A stretch of 64,000 nt of DNA from positions 992,001 through 1,056,000 of the forward strand of contig OY969934.1 of NCBI GenBank assembly GCA_963704725.1. The letters run 5' to 3'. Shown here one piece after another: positions 49,136 to 59,451 of this stretch; positions within the stretch are counted from its first letter, which is position 1, and the number at the start of each line of letters is the position of its first letter. The stretch is from an uncultured Actinomycetes bacterium (lineage in GTDB: Bacteria; Actinomycetota; UBA4738; HRBIN12). Under the pieces are notes generated by a model. It searched no databases and was not told the origin of the DNA. It saw only the letters and a program-made list of their open reading frames with translations. Position numbers and translations under genes: made by a program.

Positions 49136-50257
49136 CTACCGGGCCGGGGCGTGGCGCTCGTGGATCGGACCGGGTCGGTCCTTCAGGAACCCGGCGTCGC
49201 GGCGTCGCTTGACGGCCACGATCTCGGCGCAGATCGCCGCCGCGATCTCCTCGGGTCCCTCGGCGCCGAGGTCCAGGCCAGCGGGGCCGCGGAACCGCTC
49301 GTCGTCCTCGGCGATCTCGACCCCTTCCTCGCGGAGCTCTTCCAGGAGCCGCCCGGTCCGCACCGCCGGCCCGAGCATCGCGACGAACCGGACCGGCGAC
49401 GAGACGAGCGACCGCACGTAGTCCTTGTCGCGAAGGAAATTGTGCGTCATCACGACCACGAAGGTCCGCTGGTCCGCGGGCGCGACCTCCGCCATCTTGT
49501 CCGGGCGCTCGACCAGGACGAAATCGGCGGCCTCGGGGAACCGCTCGCGGTTCAGGAACTCGCGACGGTCGTCCACCACGATCGGGCTCCAGCCGAGCGC
49601 AGCCGCCTGCTTCACGAGCGGGGCCGCGTCGTGGCCCGCGCCGCAGACGAGCAGCCGCAGCGGCGGCTCGAGGACCTCGACGAACGCCCGGACACCGTCG
49701 GCGAGCTCCCGGATCTCGCTCCGCTCGCTGGCGAGGAGCTCCACCGCCGCTTCACGAGCGGCCGCGTCGAGCTCGGGGTCGCCGAAGGATCGCTCCACGG
49801 TGCCGGCGGCGTGGACGAGGATCCGATCACCCTGCGCCACGCCCGGCCGGCTCGAGTCGAGGACCGTGACGACGCAGATGGGTCGCTCCTCCTCGAGCGC
49901 CATGCGCAGCGCGCCGGCCACCTCGGCGGCCTTGTCCGCGGGCTCGACGAACAGCTCGAACGCGCCGTTGCACCCGAGGCCCCAGCCCCACACGGCGTCG
50001 TCGTCCGCGGTGAGGTCGAACGAGACGATCCGGGCCATGCCCTCGCGCATGACGATCTTCGCCACGTCGGCCACGTCGTTCTCCAGGCAGCCGCCGGAGA
50101 TGTTGCCGACCAGCTCGCCCTCCTCGGGCACCAGAAGCCGCGCGCCCGGCCGCCGGTAGGTCGACCCCCGGACGGCCACGATCGTGGCGAGCGCCAGCTT
50201 CTCGCCGCGCGCCGAGAGCGACTCGATCGCCGACAGGACGTCGGTGAGCTCGCTCAT
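49136..50257 (-). CDS. XdhC/CoxI-family Moco chaperone
   Basis: GSTYRRPGARL, ISGGCLE, GLGCNG, VMTHN, PAGLDLGAEGPEEIA. Confidence 0.9.
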   Translation of the reverse strand: MSELTDVLSAIESLSARGEKLALATIVAVRGSTYRRPGARLLVPEEGELVGNISGGCLENDVADVAKIVMREGMARIVSFDLTADDDAVWGWGLGCNGAFELFVEPADKAAEVAGALRMALEEERPICVVTVLDSSRPGVAQGDRILVHAAGTVERSFGDPELDAAAREAAVELLASERSEIRELADGVRAFVEVLEPPLRLLVCGAGHDAAPLVKQAAALGWSPIVVDDRREFLNRERFPEAADFVLVERPDKMAEVAPADQRTFVVVMTHNFLRDKDYVRSLVSSPVRFVAMLGPAVRTGRLLEELREEGVEIAEDDERFRGPAGLDLGAEGPEEIAAAICAEIVAVKRRRDAGFLKDRPGPIHERHAPAR

Positions 50258-50277
50258 GGCTCGATGGTACGCCGCCC

Positions 50278-51249
50278 TCAGGCGTTCGCGGTGGCGTAGC
50301 GGGCGGGCTCGTCCTCGAAGCGCTTGAGGCAGCCCGCCGAGCAGAAGTAGTAGGTCGTGCCCTCGTGGACCGACCGGTACCGGGCCGAGGCGACGTCGAC
50401 CGTCATGCCGCAGACGGGGTCGAGCTCCTCGTGCCGCGGGATCTCGGCGGGCGGTGCCGCCTCGAGGCGGCCGGCGGCCCGCTCCTTCACCAGCTCGGCC
50501 AGGATGGCCACCGCGATCTCCTCGTGCGCGACGCGGCCGAGGTCGAGCCCGGCGGGCGCGTGCACCCGCGCGACGGCGTCCTCCGGCACGCCCCGGTCCC
50601 GCAGGTAGCCGAGGACGGCGTCGGCGCGCCTGCGCGACGCGACGAGCCCCACGTAGCCGGCCGGTGTGGCCAGCGCCCGTTCCAAGGCGTCCTCGTCGTA
50701 GTGCCCCTGCGTCGCCACCACGACGAACGAGCCGTCGCTCACCCCGGCCTCTTCGAGATCGAGCGCCGTCACGACGCGGCCGGCGTCCGGGTAGTCCCCG
50801 GGCGACCCGCCCTCGTCGACGACGACCGTTCGCCATCCCAGAGCGCCGGCCAGCCGGGCCAGGGTGGCCACGGCCGGCGAGCGGCCGATCACGACGAGCT
50901 GCGGCTGCGGCAGGACGGGCTCCACATAGACCTCCAGTGCTCCCTCGCTCTGGCACGCGATGGGGACGGTGACGACGCCCTCCCGGCCCCGGGCCGCGAG
51001 CTCCTCCGGCGGGCCGAGGAAGAGCAGGCGCGGCGTCGCCTCCTCGAGCGCCTTCAGCGCCTCGCGGATCACGGTCGGCTCCGCGCAGGCCCCGCCGAGC
51101 CACCCCCGGACGCGCCGGTCCGGCGTGATGAGCGCCGTCGAGCCCTCCTTGCCCGAGGAGGGCGAGCGCCGCCACACGACCGTGGCGAGCACGAACGGCT
51201 CGCCGCGCTCGGCCAGGTCCGCCGCGAGCGCCAGGACCTCGGGCCTCAT
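50278..51249 (-). CDS. XdhC/CoxF-family protein with C-terminal YHS domain
   Basis: GWLGGAC, CQSEG, ATQG, PAGLDLG; DPVCGMTV..YYFCSAGC. Confidence 0.9.
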   Translation of the reverse strand: MRPEVLALAADLAERGEPFVLATVVWRRSPSSGKEGSTALITPDRRVRGWLGGACAEPTVIREALKALEEATPRLLFLGPPEELAARGREGVVTVPIACQSEGALEVYVEPVLPQPQLVVIGRSPAVATLARLAGALGWRTVVVDEGGSPGDYPDAGRVVTALDLEEAGVSDGSFVVVATQGHYDEDALERALATPAGYVGLVASRRRADAVLGYLRDRGVPEDAVARVHAPAGLDLGRVAHEEIAVAILAELVKERAAGRLEAAPPAEIPRHEELDPVCGMTVDVASARYRSVHEGTTYYFCSAGCLKRFEDEPARYATANA

Positions 51250-53600
51250 GAAGTCGCCTGCGCCGCCTGGATCGCCTCCCACACCTTGCCCGACGTCAGC
51301 GGCATGTCGATGTTGCGCACCCCGAGGTGCCACAGCGCGTCGATCACGGCGTTGACGTAGGCGGCCGGTGAGCCGACCGTGGCCGACTCGCCGACGCCCT
51401 TGGCCCCGATGGGGTGGTGCGGCGACGGCGTGACGGTCATGCCGAGCTCGAACTTGGGCGTCTCCCACGCGGTCGGCAGGAGGTAGTCGGTGAAGTTCGA
51501 GCCGATGCAGTTGCCGTCCTCGTCGAACGTGATCTGCTCCATCGACGCGATGCCGAATCCCTCGGTCAGCCCGCCGTGGATCTGGCCCTCGACGATCATC
51601 GGGTTGATCCGGACGCCGCAGTCGTCCACGGCGACCACGCGATCCACCTTCCACACCCCCGTGTCCGCGTCGACCTCGACCACGACGGCGTACGTGCCGA
51701 ACGGGAACGTCAGGTTCGGCGGGTCGTAGTAGGTCACGCCCTCCAGCCCCGACTCCATGCCGTCGGGGAAGTCGGTGTACGCGGCGAACGCGCACTCCTG
51801 GATCGTCTTGACCCGGTCGGGCGCGCCCCGGACGAAGAACCTCCCCTTGGAGTACTCGATGTCCTCCTCGGACACCTCGAGCAGGTGGGCGGCGAGCTTA
51901 CGGGCCTTGTCGCGGAGCTTGCGCGCCACGATCGCGGTGGCCGCCCCGACCGTCGGCGTGGAGCGCGACGCGTACGTCCCGAGCCCGTACGGCGTGTTGT
52001 CGGTGTCGCCGTGCACCACCTTGATGTCCTCGGGCTGGATCCCGATCTCCTCGGCGACGATCTGCGCGAACGTCGTCTCGTGTCCCTGGCCCTGGGTCTT
52101 CGAGCTGATCTTCAGGATCCCCTTGCCGGTGGGGTGGATCCGCAGCTCGGCGCCGTCGTTCATCTTGAGCCCGAGGATGTCGTAGTCCTTGTGCGGACCG
52201 GCGCCCACCACCTCGGTGAAGCTCGCCAGCCCGATCCCCAGAAGCCGACCCTGAGCCCGGGCCTCGGCCTGCTCGCGCCGCAGCTCCTCGTAGCCGACGG
52301 TCTCGAGCGCGAGGTCCATCGCACCGTGGTAGTCACCGGAGTCGTACTCGAAGCCGGTCACGGATCGGTAAGGGAACTGATCCTTGCGGATGAAGTTCTT
52401 CCTCCGCAGCTCGGCCGGGTCCATGCCGAGCTCGTACGCCGCGTTCTGCACCAGGCGCTCGATCATGTACGAGGCCTCGGTGACGCGGAACGAGCACCGG
52501 TACGCGACGCCGCCCGGGGCCTTGTTCGTGTACGCCCCGTCGGCCGAGACGTGTGCCGCCGGCATGTCGTACGAGCCGGTCACGATGTGGAACAACCCGA
52601 CCTTGAACTTGGACGGCTGGGCGTCGGCGTGGAAGGCCCCCTCGTCCGCGAGGAGCGAGACGCGGAGCCCCTTCATCGTCCCGTCCCGGTCGAGCGCCAG
52701 CTCGCCGTGCATGTGGAAGTCGCGCGCGAACCCTGTCGAGATCAGGTTCTCCGTCCGGTCCTCGATCCACTTGACCGGCCGGCCGAGCAGGAGCGACGCC
52801 GCCGTGGCGACGACGTAGCCGGGGTAGACGGGCACCTTGTTCCCGAACCCGCCGCCGATGTCCGGCGAGATGATCCGGATGTTCTCCTCGGGCAGCCCCG
52901 TCACCAGCGCGAACACCGTGCGGATGGCGTGCGGCGCCTGCGAGGTCATATAGATCGTCGCCTGGCCGGTGGCCGGGTTGACGTCGGCGACGCACCCGCA
53001 CGTCTCCACCGGCGCGGGGTGCGAGCGCGGGTAGAACGTGTCGAGACCGACCACGACGTCGGCGGCGCCGAACGCCGCGTCGGTCGCGTCCTTGTCCCCG
53101 CTCTCCCAGTGGTAGATGTGGTTGCCCTTCTGATCCTCCTTGTCGGTGCGGATCACGGGGGCGTCGGCCTCGAGCGCCCGCTGCGGGGTGACGATCGGCT
53201 CGAGCGGCTCGTAGTCGACGTCGATCAGCTCCAGCGCGTCCCGGGCGACGTAGGCGTCCTCCGCGACGACGGCCGCGACCTCCTGGCCCTGGAACCGGAC
53301 CTTGTCCGTCACGAGCACGGCCTGCGTGTCGTACGACAGGGTGGGCATCCACGCCAGGTTGTGCTGCGCCATCAGCTCGCCGGTCACGACGGCGATCACC
53401 CCCGGCAGCGCCGCCGCCCTCGACGTGTCGATCCCGTTCAGCGTGGCGTGCGCGTAGGGGCTCCGCAGGATCGCCATGTGGAGCATGCCGGGGAGCTTCA
53501 CGTCGTCGATGAACGTGCCCTTGCCCCGGATCAGGCGGTCGTCCTCCTTGCGCCGGACGCTGTGCCCGATGCCCCGGATCTCTTCGGCCTCGGTCGACAT
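51246..53600 (-). CDS. coxL: Aerobic CO dehydrogenase large subunit, form I
   Basis: Form I active-site motif AYRCSFR; gene order M-S-L. Confidence 0.97.
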   Translation of the reverse strand: MSTEAEEIRGIGHSVRRKEDDRLIRGKGTFIDDVKLPGMLHMAILRSPYAHATLNGIDTSRAAALPGVIAVVTGELMAQHNLAWMPTLSYDTQAVLVTDKVRFQGQEVAAVVAEDAYVARDALELIDVDYEPLEPIVTPQRALEADAPVIRTDKEDQKGNHIYHWESGDKDATDAAFGAADVVVGLDTFYPRSHPAPVETCGCVADVNPATGQATIYMTSQAPHAIRTVFALVTGLPEENIRIISPDIGGGFGNKVPVYPGYVVATAASLLLGRPVKWIEDRTENLISTGFARDFHMHGELALDRDGTMKGLRVSLLADEGAFHADAQPSKFKVGLFHIVTGSYDMPAAHVSADGAYTNKAPGGVAYRCSFRVTEASYMIERLVQNAAYELGMDPAELRRKNFIRKDQFPYRSVTGFEYDSGDYHGAMDLALETVGYEELRREQAEARAQGRLLGIGLASFTEVVGAGPHKDYDILGLKMNDGAELRIHPTGKGILKISSKTQGQGHETTFAQIVAEEIGIQPEDIKVVHGDTDNTPYGLGTYASRSTPTVGAATAIVARKLRDKARKLAAHLLEVSEEDIEYSKGRFFVRGAPDRVKTIQECAFAAYTDFPDGMESGLEGVTYYDPPNLTFPFGTYAVVVEVDADTGVWKVDRVVAVDDCGVRINPMIVEGQIHGGLTEGFGIASMEQITFDEDGNCIGSNFTDYLLPTAWETPKFELGMTVTPSPHHPIGAKGVGESATVGSPAAYVNAVIDALWHLGVRNIDMPLTSGKVWEAIQAAQATS

Positions 53601-53613
53601 GCGGGTACCCCCC

Positions 53614-54102
53614 TCAGCTCGCGACGGACGACTCGGCGTCGGCGGCCATGTCCCGCCCGGCCGCCTGGATGGCCTTGACGATGTTCATGTAGCCGGTGCA
53701 CCGGCAGATGTTCCCCGAGATCGCCCACCGGACGTCCTCGTCGCTCGGCGCCGGATCGCGTTCGAGGAGGGCCGTGCCGACGAGCATCATCCCCGGCGTG
53801 CAGAAGCCGCACTGCAGCCCGTGCTCCTCCTTGAACGCGGCCTGGATCGGATGGAGCGCGCCGCCGCTCATCAGGCCCTCGACCGTCGTCATCGCCCGTC
53901 CGTCGGCCTGGACGGCGAACACGGTGCACGACTTGACCGGAACGCCGTCGAGCAGCACCGTGCAGGCGCCGCAGCTCGTGGTGTCGCACCCGACGTGGGT
54001 GCCGCTGAGCTCGAGGCCCTCGCGGACGAAATGGACGAGAAGCGTGCGCGGCTCGACGTCCGCCGTCCGCTCGGCGCCGTTGACCGTGACCGTGATCTGC
54101 AT
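53614..54102 (-). CDS. coxS: CO dehydrogenase small (2Fe-2S) subunit
   Basis: GCDTTSCGACT, QCGFCTPG, CRCTGY. Confidence 0.95.
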   Translation of the reverse strand: MQITVTVNGAERTADVEPRTLLVHFVREGLELSGTHVGCDTTSCGACTVLLDGVPVKSCTVFAVQADGRAMTTVEGLMSGGALHPIQAAFKEEHGLQCGFCTPGMMLVGTALLERDPAPSDEDVRWAISGNICRCTGYMNIVKAIQAAGRDMAADAESSVAS

Positions 54103-54119
54103 CGTCGTCCCCCTCCGCG

Positions 54120-54986
54120 TCAGGCGGCTCGAGCCATCTCGACGGCGCGGGCCAGCCCCCGCCGGACGTACACCTCCACGACGTGCCGCTTGTAGTCGGC
54201 CGACCCGCGCACGTCGCTCACCGGATCGGCGACGGCGGCGGCCAGCCGGCCGGCCTCGGTCATCGCCTCCTCGGTCGGCTCGGCGCCGAGCAGGGATCCC
54301 TCGGCCTCGGCGGCGTGCAGGTTCTTCGAGCCGACGCCGGTGAGCGCGATCCCGGCGCGCCCGATCGTGCCGTCGGTCATCTCGACCTGGACGGCCACCC
54401 CCACGGTGGCGAAGTCGCCGATCTTGCGCTCGAGCTTCAGGTAGGCGCCGCCGAGACGAGCCGAGGGCAGCGGCACCCGGACCTCCGTGAGGAGCTCGTC
54501 GGGCTCCATCGTGGTCGTGAAGAGGTCGACGAGGAACTCGGAGACCGGCACCTCCCGCTCCCCGCGGGCGCTCCGCAGGATCACGCTCGCCCCGGCCGCG
54601 ATCATCGTCGAGCCCCAGTCGCCCGCCGGGTCGGCGTGCGCGAGCGAGCCGCCCACCGTCCCGAGGTTTCGGACGAGGGGATCGGCGATCTGCGGCGCCG
54701 TCGACCACAGGAGGGGATGGCGCGTCCGGATCACGTCCGAGCCGGCCATCTGGTTGTGGCGGACGAGCGCGCCGATCCGCAGGGTGCCGTCCGCGGCTTC
54801 GATCCCGTCCATCGCGGGAACCCGGTTGATGTCGACGAGGTGTGCGGGCGCCGCGAACCGCAGCTTCATCACCGGGATCAGGCTCTGGCCGCCGGCGAGG
54901 ACCTTGGCGTCCTCGAGCGAGCCGAGCAGCCCGAGCGCCTCGTCGATCGACGCGGGCCGGTGGTACTCGAACCGTGCAGGAAGCAT
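54120..54986 (-). CDS. coxM: CO dehydrogenase medium (FAD) subunit
   Basis: LAGGQSLIP, RNLGTVGGSLAHADP. Confidence 0.95.
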   Translation of the reverse strand: MLPARFEYHRPASIDEALGLLGSLEDAKVLAGGQSLIPVMKLRFAAPAHLVDINRVPAMDGIEAADGTLRIGALVRHNQMAGSDVIRTRHPLLWSTAPQIADPLVRNLGTVGGSLAHADPAGDWGSTMIAAGASVILRSARGEREVPVSEFLVDLFTTTMEPDELLTEVRVPLPSARLGGAYLKLERKIGDFATVGVAVQVEMTDGTIGRAGIALTGVGSKNLHAAEAEGSLLGAEPTEEAMTEAGRLAAAVADPVSDVRGSADYKRHVVEVYVRRGLARAVEMARAA

Positions 54987-55210
54987 GCCGGAACCTCCCG
55001 TCAGGGATCCGAGGCCGCGGGATGCGGCGGTGTGGCGCGATCGGGCGCGACGGACGGAGGCACCGTCGGCTCGTGCAGGTGGTTGCGCTTGGGGTCCACA
55101 GGCGTCCATTGCGACGGCGTGCCCGACGCGATCGCGAAGCGACTATCACGCAGCGGCCTCGAAAGTTCAACTCAGGCGCCGGCCGTGCGCGGCGGTATCG
55201 TTCGGAACCG

Positions 55211-55660
55211 ATGGCGGCGTCCAATCGCGGGTTCTGGATCGTGTTCATCGCGCTCGGCGTGGGCGGCATCGCCCTCGTCGTCCTCGTGATCGCGTTCCGG
55301 CCCGTGGCCCGGACCGGGGCGGTGGCCTATGCCCAGTCGAACCTGCGCACCGCGGCCGAGGCCGCCCGCCACGTCGCCGACCAGGACGGCTCGCTCGGCG
55401 CCGCCACGGCGCTTCGGATGCGTTCGGAGCCAGACGTCTCGGACCTCCTGTTCATCGACCCGGACACGAGCTCGAACGACTCCGAGATCGTGAGCGTGCT
55501 GGCGACCCCCGACGCCTGGACGGGGGCGGCGAGGGCCGACACCGGCCAGTGCTTCTGGGTGCGCGTCGAGGCAACCGGATCGACCGTGTTCGGGACCGGC
55601 ACCAACTGCTCGGCCGACGAGGCGGGCGCGGCGGCGCCGGGAGCCTGGCCCGAGCCGTAA
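55211..55660 (+). CDS. Pilin-like membrane-anchored protein
   Basis: NRG|F then hydrophobic helix, AQSNLRTA, C-terminal Cys pair; lacks Glu5. Confidence 0.6.
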   Translation: MAASNRGFWIVFIALGVGGIALVVLVIAFRPVARTGAVAYAQSNLRTAAEAARHVADQDGSLGAATALRMRSEPDVSDLLFIDPDTSSNDSEIVSVLATPDAWTGAARADTGQCFWVRVEATGSTVFGTGTNCSADEAGAAAPGAWPEP

Positions 55661-55734
55661 CCGCGGACTCGCGCGAAACGAACGACCGCATTACCATCGT
55701 CGCTTCCTGACCCGCTGCGCGGAAAGGGGGACCC

Positions 55735-56211
55735 GTGACGCACGTCTCGGTCACCGTCAACGGGATCGCGCGTGAGGCCGACGTCGAGCCTCGCACGCTC
55801 CTCGTCTACTTCCTCCGGGAGACCCTCGGGCTCACGGGGACCAACGTCGGCTGCGATACCTCCTCGTGCGGCGCGTGCACCGTGCACGTCGACGGCGAGT
55901 CCGTGAAGTCGTGCACGATGCTTGCCGTCCAGGCCGACGGCCGCGAGGTCGCGACGATCGAGGGGATGGCCTCCGACGGGCAGCTTCATCCCATCCAGGA
56001 GGCCTTCCACCGCAACCACGGACTGCAATGCGGCTACTGCACGCCGGGCATGATCATGGCGGCGGCCAGCTACCTGAAGGAGAACCCGAACCCGACCGAG
56101 GAGCAGGTGCGCGAGTCCCTCGAGGGCAATCTGTGCCGCTGCACCGGCTACCACAACATCGTGAAGTCCATCCTCGACGCCGCCGCGCACATGAGCGGCG
56201 CCACGGCATAG
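55735..56211 (+). CDS. Molybdenum hydroxylase small subunit (form II CoxS-like)
   Basis: [25 protein letters not shown]. Confidence 0.93.
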   Translation: MTHVSVTVNGIAREADVEPRTLLVYFLRETLGLTGTNVGCDTSSCGACTVHVDGESVKSCTMLAVQADGREVATIEGMASDGQLHPIQEAFHRNHGLQCGYCTPGMIMAAASYLKENPNPTEEQVRESLEGNLCRCTGYHNIVKSILDAAAHMSGATA

Positions 56212-56221
56212 GGGGCGCGAG

Positions 56222-58585
56222 ATGGCGGTCACCGAGAAGTACGTGGGGCGGCCCGTCCTGCGCAAGGAGGACCCGGAGCTGCTCGCGGGGCAGGCGCGGT
56301 ACATCGACAACCTCACTGCGCCCGGCATGGTGTGGATGGCGATGGTGCGGAGCCCGTTCGCACACGCCACGCTGAAAGGGATCGACTCCTCGAAGGCGGC
56401 GGCGATGCCCGGCGTGATCGGTGTGTTCACCGCGGCCGATCTCGCCGACGAATGGGGCGGGCCGCTGCCGTTCGTCTGGCCGATCACCGAGGACATCAAG
56501 GTTCCCGTCCACTGGCCGCTCACGAGCGACAAGGCTCGGTACCAGGGCGACGGCGTGGCCGTCGTCGTCGCCGCGACCCGCGCGCAGGCCGAGGACGCGG
56601 CGGAGTCCGTCTCGGTCGACTGGGACCAGCTCCCGGCCGTGATCGAGCTGGAGGAGGCCGCGACGGACGCCGTCGTGATCCACGACGACCTCGGCACGAA
56701 CGTGGTAGTGCACTGGAGCCACGGCGGTGGCGGCGACCAGTCGATCTTCGACACCGCCGACGTCGTCGTGAAGGAGCGCTACCTCGGACCGCGTCTCATC
56801 CCCAACGCCATCGAGCCCCGAGGATGCCTTGCGCAGCCCGTTCCGGCCATGGGCGAGTTCACGCTGTTCAGCTCGACGCAGATCCCGCACATCGCGAGGG
56901 TCACGCTCGGCGGGACGTGCAACATCCCCGAGTCCAGGCTCCGCGTGGTCGCGCCGGACGTCGGCGGCGGGTTCGGCTCGAAGCTGAACGTGTACGCCGA
57001 GGAGGCGCTCTGCCTGGTGCTGGCGCGCCGTCTGAAGCTGCCCGTGAAATGGATCGAGACCCGGTCGGAGAACTTCCTGGCCACGATCCATGGCCGCGGG
57101 GTCATCCACGACGTCGAGCTGGCCGCGACGAGCGAGGGCAAGATCCTCGGGATCCGCGTGAAGGAGCTGGCCGACATGGGCGCGTACTACCAGCTCCTCA
57201 CGCCGGGCATCCCCGAGCTCGGTGGGTGGGTCTACATGGGCCCGTACGACATGCAGGCGTACTGGTACGAGTTCACCGGCGTGATGACCAACGCCACGCC
57301 GACGGACGCCTACCGGGGAGCCGGCCGTCCCGAGGCGACGTACGTGCTCGAGCGCGCCGTCGACGCGCTGGCCCGCACGATCGGCAAGGATCCGGCGGAG
57401 GTCCGCAGGATCTCCCTGGTGCCGAAGTTCCTCGAGGCCAGGACCGCGATCAGCGGTCTGAACGTCGACTCCGGCGACTACGAGGCCGGACTGGACCGGG
57501 CCCTCGAGCTCGTCGGCTACCAGGACGTCCGCAAGGAGCAGCGGACCCGTCGCGAGCGCGGCGACGCGAAGCAGCTCGGTGTGGGCGTCTCCACCTACAT
57601 CGAGATGTGCGGCCTCGCGCCGTCGAACATCCTCGGCGCGCTCCGCTATGCCGCCGGCGGGTGGGACGCCTGCGTCGTGCAATGCCTTCCCGACGGCAAG
57701 GTGATCCTGAAGATCGGCACCTCGCCACACGGCCAGGGGCACGTCACCACCTGGGCCCAGATCGCCTCCGACACGCTCGGCGTGACGCCGGAGGACGTCG
57801 AGGTGCTCCACGGGGACACGGCGGTCGCGCCGCTGGGGATGGACACGTACGGCTCCCGCAGCGTGTCGGTGGGGGCGACCGCCCTGTACTTCGCGCTGGA
57901 GAAGATCAAGGAGAAGGCGCGCACCCTGGCCGCGCACGAGCTCGAGGTGGCCGAGGAGGACCTCGACTTCGAGGGCGGCAGGTTCTCCGTGAAGGGCGCG
58001 CCCGACAAGGCGAGGACGATCACCGATCTCGCGGTCTCGGCTTGGCACGCCCACGCCCTCCCGGCGGGGTTCGAGCCGAACCTCGAGGCCACGGCGGTGT
58101 GGGACCCGCCCAACTTCACCTGGCCCGGTGGCACCCACGTCTGCGTCGTCGAGGTCGACACGGAGACCGGCGCCAGTCACATCCTGAAGTACGTCGCGGT
58201 CGACGACTGCGGCGTCGTGATCAACCCCATGATCGTGGAGGGGCAGGTCCACGGAGGCGTGGCTCAGGGGATCGCCGAGGCGCTGTTCGAGGAGGCGAGC
58301 TACGACGACCAGGGCAACCTGGTCACGGGCTCGCTCACTCAGTACCTGGTCCCCGCGGCCTCGGAGATGCCCTCGTTCGTGGTCGATCGGACCGAGACGC
58401 CGTCCACCACGAATCCGCTCGGCGTGAAGGGCATCGGGGAGGCCGGCACCATCGCGGCCCCACCCACGGTGGTCAACGCCGTGATCGACGCCGTGAGCCA
58501 CCTCGGAGTGACCCACATCGAGAAGCCCGCCTCGCCCGAGCGCGTGTGGAGAGCCATCCACGGAGCGGAAGGGGGTGCCACATGA
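56222..58585 (+). CDS. Molybdenum hydroxylase large subunit (form II CoxL-like)
   Basis: AYRGAGR motif; order S-L-M. Confidence 0.93.
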   Translation: MAVTEKYVGRPVLRKEDPELLAGQARYIDNLTAPGMVWMAMVRSPFAHATLKGIDSSKAAAMPGVIGVFTAADLADEWGGPLPFVWPITEDIKVPVHWPLTSDKARYQGDGVAVVVAATRAQAEDAAESVSVDWDQLPAVIELEEAATDAVVIHDDLGTNVVVHWSHGGGGDQSIFDTADVVVKERYLGPRLIPNAIEPRGCLAQPVPAMGEFTLFSSTQIPHIARVTLGGTCNIPESRLRVVAPDVGGGFGSKLNVYAEEALCLVLARRLKLPVKWIETRSENFLATIHGRGVIHDVELAATSEGKILGIRVKELADMGAYYQLLTPGIPELGGWVYMGPYDMQAYWYEFTGVMTNATPTDAYRGAGRPEATYVLERAVDALARTIGKDPAEVRRISLVPKFLEARTAISGLNVDSGDYEAGLDRALELVGYQDVRKEQRTRRERGDAKQLGVGVSTYIEMCGLAPSNILGALRYAAGGWDACVVQCLPDGKVILKIGTSPHGQGHVTTWAQIASDTLGVTPEDVEVLHGDTAVAPLGMDTYGSRSVSVGATALYFALEKIKEKARTLAAHELEVAEEDLDFEGGRFSVKGAPDKARTITDLAVSAWHAHALPAGFEPNLEATAVWDPPNFTWPGGTHVCVVEVDTETGASHILKYVAVDDCGVVINPMIVEGQVHGGVAQGIAEALFEEASYDDQGNLVTGSLTQYLVPAASEMPSFVVDRTETPSTTNPLGVKGIGEAGTIAAPPTVVNAVIDAVSHLGVTHIEKPASPERVWRAIHGAEGGAT

Positions 58586-59412
58586 TCCCCGCACCCTTCG
58601 ACTACCAGCGGGTCGCCTCCGTCGACGACGCGATCCAGGCCCTGACCGACAACGCGGACTCGAAGATCATCGCGGGCGGCCACTCGCTGCTGCCGTTGAT
58701 GCGGTTGCGTCTGGCCCGGCCGGCGATGCTCGTCGACATCGCGCGGATCGGCGACCTCTCGTACGTGCGGGAGGACGGCGACCGCGTCGCGATCGGCGCG
58801 CTCACCCGTCACCACGACATCGCGAACAGCGAGGCGCTGCAGGAGCTCTGCCCCATCGTGTCGTACGCCGCCAGCTTGATCGGCGACCCGCAGGTCCGGC
58901 ACGTCGGCACGATCGGCGGGTCGGTCTCGCACTCCGACCCGGCCTCGGACATGCCCACCGTCCTCGTCGCCCTCGGCGCCGAGCTGGTCGTCCGTGGCCC
59001 CGGCGGCGCGTCGCGGACGGTCGCGGCGGCCGACTTCTTCAAGGGGCTGTTCGATCCCGACCTGGCGACGAACGAGGTCCTGACCGAGATCCGGGTCCCC
59101 AAGACGGCGGGCCGAGGATGGAGCTACCTGAAGTTCAGCCGCCGCGCGCAGGACTGGGCACTCGTGGGCGTGGCCGCGCTCACGCCGAACGGGGCCGGCC
59201 CGGCCGTGGCGCTCACGAACATGTCCGACCACCCCGTCCGGGCGACGGGCGTGGAGGAGGCTCTGGCCGGCGGCGCGGACCCCTCGGCCGCCGCGGCCCG
59301 GGCGGCCGAGGGGACGAGCCCGCCGAGCGATGCCTTCGCCAGCGCCGAGTACCGGCGGGAGGTCGTCAAGGTCCTCGTGCGGCGGGCCCTCGAGGAGGCG
59401 ATGAGCAGGTAG
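58582..59412 (+). CDS. Molybdenum hydroxylase FAD subunit (form II CoxM-like)
   Basis: IAGGHSLLP, TIGGSVSHSDP; ATGA overlap. Confidence 0.92.
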   Translation: MIPAPFDYQRVASVDDAIQALTDNADSKIIAGGHSLLPLMRLRLARPAMLVDIARIGDLSYVREDGDRVAIGALTRHHDIANSEALQELCPIVSYAASLIGDPQVRHVGTIGGSVSHSDPASDMPTVLVALGAELVVRGPGGASRTVAAADFFKGLFDPDLATNEVLTEIRVPKTAGRGWSYLKFSRRAQDWALVGVAALTPNGAGPAVALTNMSDHPVRATGVEEALAGGADPSAAAARAAEGTSPPSDAFASAEYRREVVKVLVRRALEEAMSR

Positions 59413-59451
59413 CGGCCCGCCCTTTGACGCTCCCGGCCCGAATCTGACTCA

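Noticed and set aside
56222-58585. Second true CO dehydrogenase
   Set aside because: AYRGAGR lacks the Cu-binding Cys of form I.
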